A stretch of 38,632 nt of DNA, taken from an uncultured Bacteroidota bacterium (lineage in GTDB: Bacteria > Bacteroidota > Bacteroidia > B-17B0 > Aurantibacillaceae). The position numbers and the translations under genes were made by a program. Position 1 is the stretch's first letter, and every line of letters starts with the position of its first letter. The DNA lies in assembly GCA_937868675.1 (NCBI GenBank), contig CALMNJ010000032.1, positions 1-38,632 of the forward strand, in the 5' to 3' direction. Under the pieces are notes generated by a model, which did not search any database, was not told where the DNA came from, and saw only the letters and a program-made list of their open reading frames with translations. Positions 25,291 through 34,780 of this stretch are shown here, piece by piece.

Positions 25291-26271
25291 TCAACGCTTT
25301 TTGTAAACTCCAAATGTAAAGTCACTTTTTCGGCCTGAAACGAAGGCTTCATCAGCCGTCAATAAACTATTCAACAACGAAAGCGTTTGTGGGGAGTTGT
25401 CACAAAAGTGATGCGCTATCCCTTTTAATAAAGGATGTATGATATTACCGCCAAGTTTTTTTTCTTCAAGCGTTTCAAAATTCTGGTTAAGCACATCAAG
25501 AATAGATTCAGAATCGGGGGCCTCTGTTGGGTCGGCAAGACGCATTCTTAAAATGCCGGGACTGTAAACTTTCTTTTTGGTTTTACGGCTGCTGTACCAT
25601 GTTTTTTTGTTGGATGGAATTTTTTTAAGCAAGGTATTTATTTCTGCCAGTTGTTCATCCGTCCATTGCAGCCTGTTAGGCCCCGTATATTCATGAATAA
25701 TAAGCAAGCCTCCATGTTTAAGTATTGGCATCACTTTTTCCAAAATAATTTTATTTGTGTTTTTAAAATGATGAAGACTTGAATGGAACAGAACGACATC
25801 AAAAGCCAGGGGCTCAAAAACCTCGGTTTCAAAATCGCCTATTTCATAAACGATGTTAGAACAGCCATGTGACTCGGCCTCCTGTTTAGCAAGCGCCAGT
25901 TGTTTTTCTGAAACATCAATACCAGTAATGGATGAGAAACAACCACTTTTACTGAAGGCTCTTTCGTGATCGCTGTTTCCGCAGCCCACCGAGAGCATTT
26001 CTAATCTGCTACGCCCATTTAAATATTTTTCAGAAACATAAGTTTCGTATTCCAGATCTGCGTTACCCGTGCATAGATAATTCCAGTGTTTTTGGACAAC
26101 GGGTATAATCCAGAAATCCGTTACGGATCGGTCAAATAAATCCCATTTTGAAACAAGGCCTTTTTTCTGAGTAATGGAAAGCGAAAACAAAACTTTCAGG
26201 CCCTTTATCCGGATGAGATGGTAAAGATCAATAACGTCGCCCACTGAAAAATAATTTAAGGAACGGCCCAT
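25291..26271 (-). CDS. Class I SAM-dependent methyltransferase
   Basis: MLSVGCG motif I, GIDVS, FDVVLFHSSLHH and LKHGGLLIIHEY. Confidence 0.88.
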   Translation of the reverse strand: MGRSLNYFSVGDVIDLYHLIRIKGLKVLFSLSITQKKGLVSKWDLFDRSVTDFWIIPVVQKHWNYLCTGNADLEYETYVSEKYLNGRSRLEMLSVGCGNSDHERAFSKSGCFSSITGIDVSEKQLALAKQEAESHGCSNIVYEIGDFETEVFEPLAFDVVLFHSSLHHFKNTNKIILEKVMPILKHGGLLIIHEYTGPNRLQWTDEQLAEINTLLKKIPSNKKTWYSSRKTKKKVYSPGILRMRLADPTEAPDSESILDVLNQNFETLEEKKLGGNIIHPLLKGIAHHFCDNSPQTLSLLNSLLTADEAFVSGRKSDFTFGVYKKR

Positions 26272-26277
26272 TATTAA

Positions 26278-27474
26278 TTACGTTCGGTTTGAAATTTTGA
26301 GTAGCCAGCCAAAACCATACGTTTTGACAAGTTTGTTATACACCGCTTTAATTTTTGAGTCTGACCTGAATTCTGAATGTTGCCTTGTTGGCGCATTCAT
26401 AAGCCCTACAAATACCTCATCACTTATCCCAAGCTTTTTCAGAACAAACATTTTATCAAGACAGGCGGTCTCTGCGGGAGCATTTTGGTTTTCAATAATA
26501 TCAAGTGCTTCCTGGCGGGTAAGCTGGCCATTGCAAATAAGTGCAGACAGATGGGCGCGCCGGATATCAACCTTGAACTTTACGGGAAGAATGTAGCGTT
26601 GGTAAAATCTTGTATATATAGTCTCACCGTGTTTGACCGGATGCTCCCTCCAGCCCAGGTTCTTTATGAGTGTTGCTTTAGCCTGTTCCCTGTCATAATC
26701 AAAGTAATTAAGTAAAAAAACATTTTCAATGCGGAGCAGGTTATAGTAATAAAATTTTTTCCAAAGGGTCATGGTTGGCAGACGATTGAGCGAGCGACCA
26801 CTGCCAAACTTCTTGTATATATCAAGCATATTGGTGGTGTCACCTTTGTTGTGAATCCAGCAATCAGGCATAATGCCTTCGGAGGTGTAATTGTTGCCCG
26901 TTAAAATATACCGTACCCCAAGCTTGCTGGCCATTTTATATAATGCGGCAAGGTAATAGTGATCGGTAGGGAACTCCATATCTATAACACCCGCTTTAAG
27001 ATAGGCAAGTTGCAGATCGCTGAACTGCTCCCAGTTGAGCACAAGTGTTTCTAGTTTAACATTTAGTTTTCGCGTTAAAGTTTCGATGTTATATACGGAC
27101 GTTTCGGTGTTCCAGCCTGTATCCACATGAACAGCTATGGGATTAAGGCCAAGCGTTACGGCTTTGTATAAAAGAAATGAGCTATCAAGGCCCCCACTTA
27201 CACCAACAATACAATGGTTTTTACTGCCGGCCGGTTTAAGTTTTTTGAGTAGTGCGTTTAACTGGGATTCATTTTTTAATACGCTGTGTTTTTTTGATAT
27301 GTGCGCAGTGCAGTAATTACACACACCGTGTTCGTCAAAGCGTATATCAGCTACGGAGTCATCCAGTATACACCGGGTACATATCATTGAGCCGGATAAC
27401 GCATTGCCGCCCAAGGTTATTGTGTTGGAGTGATGCAAAGGCATGTTACCTGATGTCTTTCTCCATGAAGACAT
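26278..27474 (-). CDS. N-acetyl sugar amidotransferase (WbpG/WbuX-like PP-loop); alternative start at 27387
   Basis: CTRC...CNYC, CIVGVSGGLDSS PP-loop, HVDTGWN, PTDH, KHGE..YTRF and D.RRAHLS.LI..GQ.TR.EAL. Confidence 0.88.
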   Translation of the reverse strand: MSSWRKTSGNMPLHHSNTITLGGNALSGSMICTRCILDDSVADIRFDEHGVCNYCTAHISKKHSVLKNESQLNALLKKLKPAGSKNHCIVGVSGGLDSSFLLYKAVTLGLNPIAVHVDTGWNTETSVYNIETLTRKLNVKLETLVLNWEQFSDLQLAYLKAGVIDMEFPTDHYYLAALYKMASKLGVRYILTGNNYTSEGIMPDCWIHNKGDTTNMLDIYKKFGSGRSLNRLPTMTLWKKFYYYNLLRIENVFLLNYFDYDREQAKATLIKNLGWREHPVKHGETIYTRFYQRYILPVKFKVDIRRAHLSALICNGQLTRQEALDIIENQNAPAETACLDKMFVLKKLGISDEVFVGLMNAPTRQHSEFRSDSKIKAVYNKLVKTYGFGWLLKISNRT

Positions 27475-28805
27475 TAATCAAAAAGTGTTACCTGATTAGA
27501 GCCATTCAGTGCTTTTTTATAAACCGCAAGCGCCCTGTTGCGCGAAGCGCCATGGTCAACCATTGGCATAGGATAGTTTTGAGTGCCATATTCGGGCACC
27601 CATTTTTTTATGTATTTAAATTCCGGATCGAACTTCTTTTGTTGTTCGGTGGGATTAAATATCCTGAAATAAGGCGCCGCATCACAACCGCCGCTGGAGG
27701 CCCACTGCCAGCCACCGTTGTTGGCACTCAGATCAAAGTCGTTGAGTTTTTGTGCAAAATAAGCTTCGCCCCAGCGCCAGTCAATTAGGAGGTCTTTTAT
27801 TAAAAAACTGCTCACAATCATTCGCACCCGGTTGTGCATATAACCGGTTGTGTTAAGTTCCCGCATGCCAGCGTCCACAATCGGAAAACCGGTATCGCCC
27901 TCGCACCATTTCCTGAATTCGGCCTCGTTATTTCGCCACTCAATACGGTCGTATTCTTTTTTGAACGACGCCGAAACAACATGCGGAAAGTGCCACAGGA
28001 TCATCATATAAAAATCGCGCCAAATAAGCTCGTTGAGCCAGGTTTCACTTTGGTTAATCGCATGTTTTACGAGGGCACGTATGCTGATTGTGCCAAATCT
28101 AAGATGAATGCTCAGGCGGCTCGTGCCTTTTACTGAAGGGTAATCGCGTTGCTGCGAATAATGCCGTAATAAGGCAGTATCGGGCAAATCGAAAAAAAAA
28201 AAAATTAGGTCCGTTTTTCTGAACCCGATTTCTTCCAGTGACGGAATTAAAAGCGGCGTGATTTTTATGAAAGATGAAAAATGTTTGTTTGCCGGATAGG
28301 ACGTGTAATGAACAGGAGTGAGCGCCTTTTTCCATTTGCGGCTGTAGGGGGTAAAAACAGTATATGGCAAGCCATCGTCTTTAACGACTTCATTTTTCTC
28401 GAAAATGCACTGGTCTTTGTAAATGAACAAGGGAATTTTTTTTGACGAAAGAAATCTTTCGATTTCCTTATCGCGTTCCTGAGCCTGGGGTTCGTAATCG
28501 CCATTCGCATAAACTTTAGTAACCCGGTAGATGGCGCAAAATTCGGTAAAAGCCTTCAGTGGCGTATTGTACACGCAATGGAGCGAGCTTTCTAAGGCAT
28601 TTAATTTATGCTGAAGCCGCATCAAAGCCTGATGAATAAAATCAACGCGCCGGTCGTTTTTGTTTTCCAGTTTATCCAGAATAGTCCTGTCGAATATAAA
28701 AACAGGCAATACGCTTTCGTTTTCCTTTAAAGCATGGTAAAGGCCGGCATTATCTTCCAGGCGCAAATCGCGCCGAAACCAAAATAGTGCAACCGTTGAT
28801 TTCAT
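27474..28805 (-). CDS. phrB: Deoxyribodipyrimidine photolyase (class I CPD photolyase)
   Basis: WFRRDLRLEDN, YTVFTPY, TSRLS.HLRFG.IS, ELIWRDF, GFPIVDAGMREL..TGYMHNRVRM, NNGGWQW and PYFRIFNP. Confidence 0.95.
   Translation of the reverse strand: MKSTVALFWFRRDLRLEDNAGLYHALKENESVLPVFIFDRTILDKLENKNDRRVDFIHQALMRLQHKLNALESSLHCVYNTPLKAFTEFCAIYRVTKVYANGDYEPQAQERDKEIERFLSSKKIPLFIYKDQCIFEKNEVVKDDGLPYTVFTPYSRKWKKALTPVHYTSYPANKHFSSFIKITPLLIPSLEEIGFRKTDLIFFFFDLPDTALLRHYSQQRDYPSVKGTSRLSIHLRFGTISIRALVKHAINQSETWLNELIWRDFYMMILWHFPHVVSASFKKEYDRIEWRNNEAEFRKWCEGDTGFPIVDAGMRELNTTGYMHNRVRMIVSSFLIKDLLIDWRWGEAYFAQKLNDFDLSANNGGWQWASSGGCDAAPYFRIFNPTEQQKKFDPEFKYIKKWVPEYGTQNYPMPMVDHGASRNRALAVYKKALNGSNQVTLFD
28192..28204. 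repeat. A13 homopolymer (T13 on the coding strand) inside the photolyase gene
   Basis: Counted directly; currently in frame and encoding IFFFF. Confidence 0.95.
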
Positions 28806-28926
28806 GGCCTGACTAAGCTAAGAAAAAGCATTTAATGGATGTTTGTAAAACATAATAATTTTTGAATTTCAGTGCCTGTGGGCTAAAGACAGAATCTTAA
28901 TTTCACCGGCAAAAATCAAAAGCACC

Positions 28927-30465
28927 ATGTCTGCACATTTAAGCGAACAGGAAGAACTGAGAAGGCAAAAACTAAACGAGCTCAGGAATCTGGGAATTGA
29001 TCCGTATCCGGCGGATGAATTTAAAACCAATGCCAGCGCAGCCGATATAAAGGCCAATTATGAGCGCGACAAGCTTAACTATAAGGACATTTCAATAGCC
29101 GGACGCATTATGAGCATACGTGATATGGGTAAGGCCTGTTTTGCAGTAATACAGGACGCTACAGGCCGCATCCAGATATATGTGCGCAAAGACGACATTT
29201 GTCAGGGCGAAGACAAAACACTGTACGACACCGTTTGGAAAAAACTAATTGATATCGGGGACATTGTAGGCTTGCAGGGCTTTGTATTTACAACCAAGAC
29301 TGGCGAAATTTCGCTGCACGTTACTACATTGAAGCTCCTGTCCAAGTCGCTTCGGCCCCTGCCCATTGTTAAAACCGATGAGAGTGGAAAATCATTTGAT
29401 GAAGTAAGTGACCCTGAATTCAGATTCCGCCAGCGCTATGTAGACCTGATTATAAACCCACATGTGCGCGAAACATTTCTGAAACGCACACAGATTATTA
29501 ATTCCATCCGCACCACACTTAACAATGCTGGCCTGCTGGAGGTGGAAACCCCTATTTTGCAAAGCATACCCGGCGGAGCTGCTGCACGGCCATTTATTAC
29601 TCACCATAACGCGCTTAATATTCCGCTTTACCTGCGCATTGCGAATGAACTATACCTTAAGCGTCTTATTGTAGGAGGCTTTGAGGGTGTTTATGAATTT
29701 GCAAAGGATTTCAGGAATGAAGGTATGGACCGCACGCATAATCCTGAGTTTACCGTGCTTGAATTTTATGTGGCCTATAAGGATTACAATTGGATGATGT
29801 CGTTTACCGAACGGCTTCTTGAGAAGGTAGCCAACGATCTTTATGGAACAACCGAAGTAAAAATCGGAGACACCATTATTGATTTTAAAGCCCCATACAA
29901 GCGCATCAGTATGTATGATGCCATTAAAGAGCATACGGGGATTGATATAAGTTCAATGAATGAGGAAGAGCTGCGGGGTGTTTGCAGGCAACTGGGGATT
30001 CATGTTGATAACAGCATGGGCAAAGGCAAGCTCATTGATGAAATATTTGGCGGAAAGTGCGAAGGGCATTATGTGCAGCCAACATTCATTATTGATTATC
30101 CGGTTGAAATGAGCCCCCTTACAAAAAAGCATCGCCGTGTTGAAGGGCTTGTAGAGCGATTTGAGCTGATGGTAAATGGAAAAGAAATTGCCAATGCATA
30201 CAGCGAGCTGAATGATCCTATTGACCAGCGCGAACGTTTTGAGGATCAGCTCAGGCTTCAGGAACGTGGCGATGATGAGGCCATGTTTATTGACCATGAT
30301 TTTTTAAGGGCGCTGGAATATGGAATGCCGCCAACCTCAGGAATTGGTATAGGGATTGATCGCCTCACCATGCTGCTTACCAACAACGCCAGCATTCAGG
30401 AGGTGTTGTTTTTCCCGCAAATGCGACCCGAAATAAAACAGATGGGTCAGGAAGAACAACCCTGA
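28927..30465 (+). CDS. lysS: Lysine--tRNA ligase (class II)
   Basis: AGRIM..R.MGKA.F, RQRYVDL, GGAAARPF.THHN, FRNEGMD.THNPEFT and EYGMPPT.G.GIGIDRL. Confidence 0.98.
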   Translation: MSAHLSEQEELRRQKLNELRNLGIDPYPADEFKTNASAADIKANYERDKLNYKDISIAGRIMSIRDMGKACFAVIQDATGRIQIYVRKDDICQGEDKTLYDTVWKKLIDIGDIVGLQGFVFTTKTGEISLHVTTLKLLSKSLRPLPIVKTDESGKSFDEVSDPEFRFRQRYVDLIINPHVRETFLKRTQIINSIRTTLNNAGLLEVETPILQSIPGGAAARPFITHHNALNIPLYLRIANELYLKRLIVGGFEGVYEFAKDFRNEGMDRTHNPEFTVLEFYVAYKDYNWMMSFTERLLEKVANDLYGTTEVKIGDTIIDFKAPYKRISMYDAIKEHTGIDISSMNEEELRGVCRQLGIHVDNSMGKGKLIDEIFGGKCEGHYVQPTFIIDYPVEMSPLTKKHRRVEGLVERFELMVNGKEIANAYSELNDPIDQRERFEDQLRLQERGDDEAMFIDHDFLRALEYGMPPTSGIGIGIDRLTMLLTNNASIQEVLFFPQMRPEIKQMGQEEQP

Positions 30466-30542
30466 CGCAACTGGCGCAGGGAGGCGGTTAGCTCGGGTAA
30501 ATATTTCTGAACGCAGGACTTATTTGTTAACTACTTCCCTCA

Positions 30543-31139
30543 TTGCTCAGCCGGAGTTTTTTTTATTTAATTATATTTACGGGATTAACACCGCACGTTC
30601 GCTGCGCCATTAAAATACTTGTTTTTATTGCCCTGTCGGGCTTTCTTCTGGTTTCATGCGGTGAACCACAAAAACCGGTGGTTAAGGAGAAGCCGCGGGT
30701 CTTCCCGGGGTACCATTTATTGCTGGATGAAATTATACGTTCAAAAAGTGGAATATTCAGGGGCCTTGAGCTAAACACAAACTCTGCTAAGATTAAAACG
30801 GTGGAGAGCGGAACGCCGGAAGAAAATACCCCTGAAAAACTGTACTATGAATACAAGGCCGATTCGGTTACCAATTACTCAATAGAGTACACGCTGAATA
30901 ACGACAGCCTGGAAGAAATTAATGTGCAGATAAACACCGATGATCTGGAACTTAGCTCGTATCTGTTTTGTGACTTTAAGGATTATTATGCCAATAAGCT
31001 CCCAAATCCTAAGGAAGACAAGGGCTATGTAGTGTATAATTGTTTCGAAGGGCAACGTAAGCCCTTTGTTGTTTCGCTGAGTGATAATTCGAGCCTCACC
31101 AAAGGCATAATAAACATGGTGATATATAAAGACAAATGA
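30543..31139 (+). CDS. Hypothetical lipoprotein; start uncertain (TTG 30543 or ATT 30609)
   Basis: Long ORF with lipobox LLVS-C. No in-frame ATG or GTG before the Cys. Confidence 0.72.
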   Translation: MLSRSFFYLIIFTGLTPHVRCAIKILVFIALSGFLLVSCGEPQKPVVKEKPRVFPGYHLLLDEIIRSKSGIFRGLELNTNSAKIKTVESGTPEENTPEKLYYEYKADSVTNYSIEYTLNNDSLEEINVQINTDDLELSSYLFCDFKDYYANKLPNPKEDKGYVVYNCFEGQRKPFVVSLSDNSSLTKGIINMVIYKDK

Positions 31140-31198
31140 GTTTGAAAAAGTTAACCAGAACGAATAATTTCTATTTTTACAACAATTAAAAAATAATT

Positions 31199-31351
31199 AT
31201 GGGAAAAGGAGACAAAAAAAGCAAACGGGGCAAAATTCACATCGGAACATCCGGCGTTCGCCGCCCTAAAAGGAAAAAGGCTAAAAAAGGCGAAGTTAAA
31301 ACCGAAGCCAAACCTGTTGCTAAAAAGCCGGCCAGGAAAGCCGCAAAATAA
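31199..31351 (+). CDS. 30S ribosomal protein THX (50 aa; not in the ORF track)
   Basis: Translates as MGKGDKKSKRGKIHIGTSGVRRPKRKKAKKGEVKTEAKPVAKKPARKAAK. MGKGD.K..RGKI..G..G.RRP is the THX signature. A-rich start context and its own terminator. Confidence 0.9.
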   Translation: MGKGDKKSKRGKIHIGTSGVRRPKRKKAKKGEVKTEAKPVAKKPARKAAK

Positions 31352-31364
31352 GCCTGACAAACTG

Positions 31365-31394
31365 AAAGCTGCCACCAAAGGGCGGCTTTTTTTT
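31365..31394 (+). terminator. Intrinsic terminator after the THX gene
   Basis: AAAGCTGCC-ACCAAAG-GGCGGCTTT within a T8 tract. Confidence 0.8.
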
Positions 31395-31398
31395 AATT

Positions 31399-31884
31399 AT
31401 GGACTTGGAACAATTTAATAGCCGGGCGCAGGCCGCGAAAAAAAAGAACCAGGTGTTTTTTGCCCGGATAAAAAAACAGCCACCAAAAGATCTGGATTCA
31501 CTTTTTCATGAGGCGCACGAAGTGGTTTTTAATAACACCGACTGCCTGGGTTGCGCGAATTGTTGTAAAACCACCTCACCCATTTTTTATCAGAAGGACA
31601 TTGAGCGCGCCGCCAAAGCGCTTAAAATTAAAGCAGGCGACTTTCTGAAAACCTTTCTTTTTATGGATGAGGATGGTGATTTTGTTTTGCATACGACGCC
31701 GTGCCCCTTCCTAAACGCGGATAATACGTGTAGAATTTATGATAGCAGACCCGATGCATGTAGGGAATACCCCCATACCAACAGAAAAAAAATGGCAAAG
31801 ATACTGGACCTTACATACCGCAACACGCTTGTATGCCCGGCTGTACTGGAGATTGTTGAACGAATAAAAAAAGCAGATTATTAG
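31399..31884 (+). CDS. YkgJ family cysteine-cluster protein (CxxCxxCC)
   Basis: DCLGCANCCK, PCPFL..DN.C.IY..RP.ACREYP and CP. Confidence 0.92.
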   Translation: MDLEQFNSRAQAAKKKNQVFFARIKKQPPKDLDSLFHEAHEVVFNNTDCLGCANCCKTTSPIFYQKDIERAAKALKIKAGDFLKTFLFMDEDGDFVLHTTPCPFLNADNTCRIYDSRPDACREYPHTNRKKMAKILDLTYRNTLVCPAVLEIVERIKKADY

Positions 31885-32471
31885 TTTCGCGTGGCAAGAA
31901 TTCGGGCCACGTATTTTCCTATCACATCAAACTCAAGGTTTACAACCGAACCCACTGCAATATTCTTAAAGTTTGTGTGCTCAAGCGTGTATGGGATAAT
32001 ACATACCGAAAATGATTCTGGCTCTGACTGAACCACAGTGAGACTTACGCCATTTACAGTGATGCTTCCTTTTTCAACGGTAACGTTTTTTTCGTTTTTG
32101 TGATGCTCAAAAACAAACTCCCAGCTGCCCTTGAGGTCTTTTACCTCGCGGCAAACCGCAGTAGTATCAACGTGGCCTTGTACAATATGACCGTCAAACC
32201 TTCCGGTGGCGGGCATGCATCGTTCAAGATTAACAACATCGCCAACCTTGAGCTTACCAAGATTGCTTCGTTTTAGCGTTTCGTCAATGGCAGTAACAGT
32301 GTAAGTATTCCCTGAAATGCTTACAACCGTAAGGCATACCCCGTTATGGGCAACACTCTGATCTATCTTAAGCTCATGAGTAATCGGAGAGGAAAAGGTA
32401 AAATGGACATTACTGTTTTCCTGTACAATGGTTTCTACATGCGCGAGTGTTTCGATGATACCGGTAAACAT
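31881..32471 (-). CDS. ribE: Riboflavin synthase (alpha chain; ribC in E. coli nomenclature)
   Basis: N-terminal MFTGII, NGVCLTV, VNLER, GHIVQGHVD, KGSITVNGVSLTV and VNLEFD. Confidence 0.95.
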   Translation of the reverse strand: MFTGIIETLAHVETIVQENSNVHFTFSSPITHELKIDQSVAHNGVCLTVVSISGNTYTVTAIDETLKRSNLGKLKVGDVVNLERCMPATGRFDGHIVQGHVDTTAVCREVKDLKGSWEFVFEHHKNEKNVTVEKGSITVNGVSLTVVQSEPESFSVCIIPYTLEHTNFKNIAVGSVVNLEFDVIGKYVARILATRN

Positions 32472-32473
32472 GG

Positions 32474-33724
32474 TTATTCCTTTAAAAGGTTTTTGATAAA
32501 GAATTCGATGCTTTGCTTAAAGTTTCCGTACTCAGCGCCCGTTGCAGGACCACTGAAACCGGTATGAACCTTTACAATCTGGTGTTTTTTGTTCAGGAAA
32601 ATGCTGGTAGGAAAGGCAGCAACCCTGTCAAGCATTGGGAAGGTTTCGGAGGCTTTGTTTTTATTGTCCTTAAGGGTAATGGCAATATCGTAGGTCATTT
32701 TAAGCCGCGTTTTCATGCGCTCCACCTGTTTACGGGCCGTTGACAGATTATCTGCCTTTTCAAAGGCTACCGCAATAATTTCAAGCCCCTGCCCTTTGTA
32801 TTGTTCGTAAAGGCCCGAATAATAAATACTTTCGTCCATGCAGTTCGGACACCAGCTACCCATTACCTGAATAATTACGGCTTTATTCTCGTATTTTTTA
32901 TCACTAAGCGAAACGGGTGTATTACTCAGCGAAGGAAAACTAAAATTTGGTTTGGTATTGTAATCAATCACTTTAGCAATCTCGCCGGCATCGCGCAGCT
33001 TAAACGACTCATTTTTTACGGCCTTCCAGTCTTCCTGCCAGTGCGCTCCGCTATAAAATGTTCCGTTCACGATTTCACCATCTTTGTATTCGGCGGTAAA
33101 AAGAAAGGCATGACTGCCATCAAAACATGATAAATAAAGGCGGTTCTTGTTTTGTATTCCGTCAAGGTAACGATAGTCGCCGGTTTCAGTTAAAAAGGTA
33201 CCGGTAACAAATTCCGTTTGTTCAACGTGGTGAAATATACCTACCGCTTTTGATTCATCAGGTTTGCCCGGGGAAAATGTGGCTTCCCATTTGCCCTCGA
33301 AGGAAGGATCAGGATTTCCGGGTTGAAAAAGAAAACGGTCGGCGGGCGACAACAAAAAACGGTCTTTTATATTGTACGAGGCCGTGAACTTAATAACGTT
33401 TTGTGAAGTCCGGTAATGATTAATCCAAACGCCTTCGAGGTTGCCGTTTATCTGCCGCGTCCTGAATTCAGTATCAAACACCGGCATTTTGAAATTTACT
33501 GAATCACCTTTTAGTACGATCTCATCCACCACGATGGTCTCGTCGGCGTTACGAATAAGAATCAGTGGTTTTTTTTTGTTGTACTTTACTTCGAAAATAA
33601 ATGGAAGATTTGTGGTTTCATTCAATGCCAGCACACCACGATAAACGCCGGCTTTTGGTTTTTGAGCTGTAGAGTTGGTGCTTAATAGCAAGAACGCAAA
33701 AACAATTATGGAATAATGGCGCAT
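32474..33724 (-). CDS. TlpA-family thiol-disulfide oxidoreductase with N-terminal extension, exported
   Basis: Signal peptide, GTFLTETGDYRYL and a C-terminal thioredoxin fold with GSWCPNC and AFPT cis-Pro motif. Confidence 0.88.
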   Translation of the reverse strand: MRHYSIIVFAFLLLSTNSTAQKPKAGVYRGVLALNETTNLPFIFEVKYNKKKPLILIRNADETIVVDEIVLKGDSVNFKMPVFDTEFRTRQINGNLEGVWINHYRTSQNVIKFTASYNIKDRFLLSPADRFLFQPGNPDPSFEGKWEATFSPGKPDESKAVGIFHHVEQTEFVTGTFLTETGDYRYLDGIQNKNRLYLSCFDGSHAFLFTAEYKDGEIVNGTFYSGAHWQEDWKAVKNESFKLRDAGEIAKVIDYNTKPNFSFPSLSNTPVSLSDKKYENKAVIIQVMGSWCPNCMDESIYYSGLYEQYKGQGLEIIAVAFEKADNLSTARKQVERMKTRLKMTYDIAITLKDNKNKASETFPMLDRVAAFPTSIFLNKKHQIVKVHTGFSGPATGAEYGNFKQSIEFFIKNLLKE

Positions 33725-34780
33725 TTATTTTTTGTGACTATAAGCCACCAGGTTCGCAATCCGATATAAAATTCTTGCCGCAACGTTGGCGTCCCAGTCT
33801 CCACCGTCTTTGCCCGGGCTTACTTCATTAAGGTCGAAGGCAATTATCTGCCGCCCGCTTTTTACAATTTTTTCGATTAAAAAAAGCACCTGTTCAGTCT
33901 CAAAGCCTCCGGACACTGGCGTTCCTGTGTTAGGACATAGTTTTGGGTCAAGGCCGTCAATGTCAAAACTCAGGTATATTTTCTGAGGTAGTTCAGCGAT
34001 GATCCGGTTGCAAATGCGATCCCAACTGTCGCCATTATACTGGGCATATTTTATATCGCGGTCAAAAAATGTTCTTATCCGCCCGTTGTTGTTTTGTATT
34101 AAGGTTAATTCTTCTTCGCAATAATCACGTATGCCCACCTGCACCAGTTTTTGTACCTCTTCTATTTTAAGAGCATTGAACATAATGGAGGCATGCGAAA
34201 ACTCGAAACCCTCGTAAGCGTTGCGCAAATCGGCATGTGCATCCAACTGAAGAATACAGAAGTCGCCGAATTTTTCGGCCAGCGCCTGCATCATGCCAAG
34301 CGGAGTGGAGTGGTCGCCGCCTATGAGACCAACGACTTTATCTTTATTTAAAAAATGAAGCACGCGTTGTTTGACCCAATTATTCAGCCAAAGGCACTCT
34401 TCGCGGATTTCGGAAGAAATTTTTTTAAGATCCGGCCTCTCAGGGCTGGCGCCATTTGCCAGTGCGTCTATATAATCCTCTGCGTCCTGTCTTGCCTTAT
34501 CACTTCTGGCGTGAATTTCTTCGCTTATTTCATCCATGCCAATGCCTTTTTTCCATGCATCTTTTACAATCGGGTCGTAAAGGTCAACCTGATAGCTGGC
34601 ATCCAAAATGGCTTTCGGGCCATTGGCAGTGCCACCGCCGTAACTAACGGTAACCTCCCAGGGCACAGGTATTAAAACGGTTTCACACTCATCTGGTGTA
34701 AATGGCAGACCATACATGCCGTCGTTCAGTTGCCCGATTCCGTTGGCATCAAAATTTTTGATCTTGGTTTCTTTGCTCAT
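33725..34780 (-). CDS. Agmatinase (ureohydrolase) family protein
   Basis: GGDHS, DAHADLR, SHAS, QVGIR, SFDIDGLDP...TGTP..GG and DLNEV. Exact substrate cannot be read from the sequence. Confidence 0.9.
   Translation of the reverse strand: MSKETKIKNFDANGIGQLNDGMYGLPFTPDECETVLIPVPWEVTVSYGGGTANGPKAILDASYQVDLYDPIVKDAWKKGIGMDEISEEIHARSDKARQDAEDYIDALANGASPERPDLKKISSEIREECLWLNNWVKQRVLHFLNKDKVVGLIGGDHSTPLGMMQALAEKFGDFCILQLDAHADLRNAYEGFEFSHASIMFNALKIEEVQKLVQVGIRDYCEEELTLIQNNNGRIRTFFDRDIKYAQYNGDSWDRICNRIIAELPQKIYLSFDIDGLDPKLCPNTGTPVSGGFETEQVLFLIEKIVKSGRQIIAFDLNEVSPGKDGGDWDANVAARILYRIANLVAYSHKK

Noticed and set aside
25285-25296. Convergent genes abutting or overlapping without terminators (also 3748/3750 and 31881-31884)
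   Set aside because: Common in compact genomes; no specific evidence of antisense regulation.
30482-30496. GGCGGTTAGCTC resembling a tRNA 5' end
   Set aside because: No T-arm (GTTCRA), anticodon stem or acceptor complement downstream.
31151-31378. 75-aa Phe-rich minus-strand ORF
   Set aside because: It is the reverse complement of the Lys-rich THX gene.
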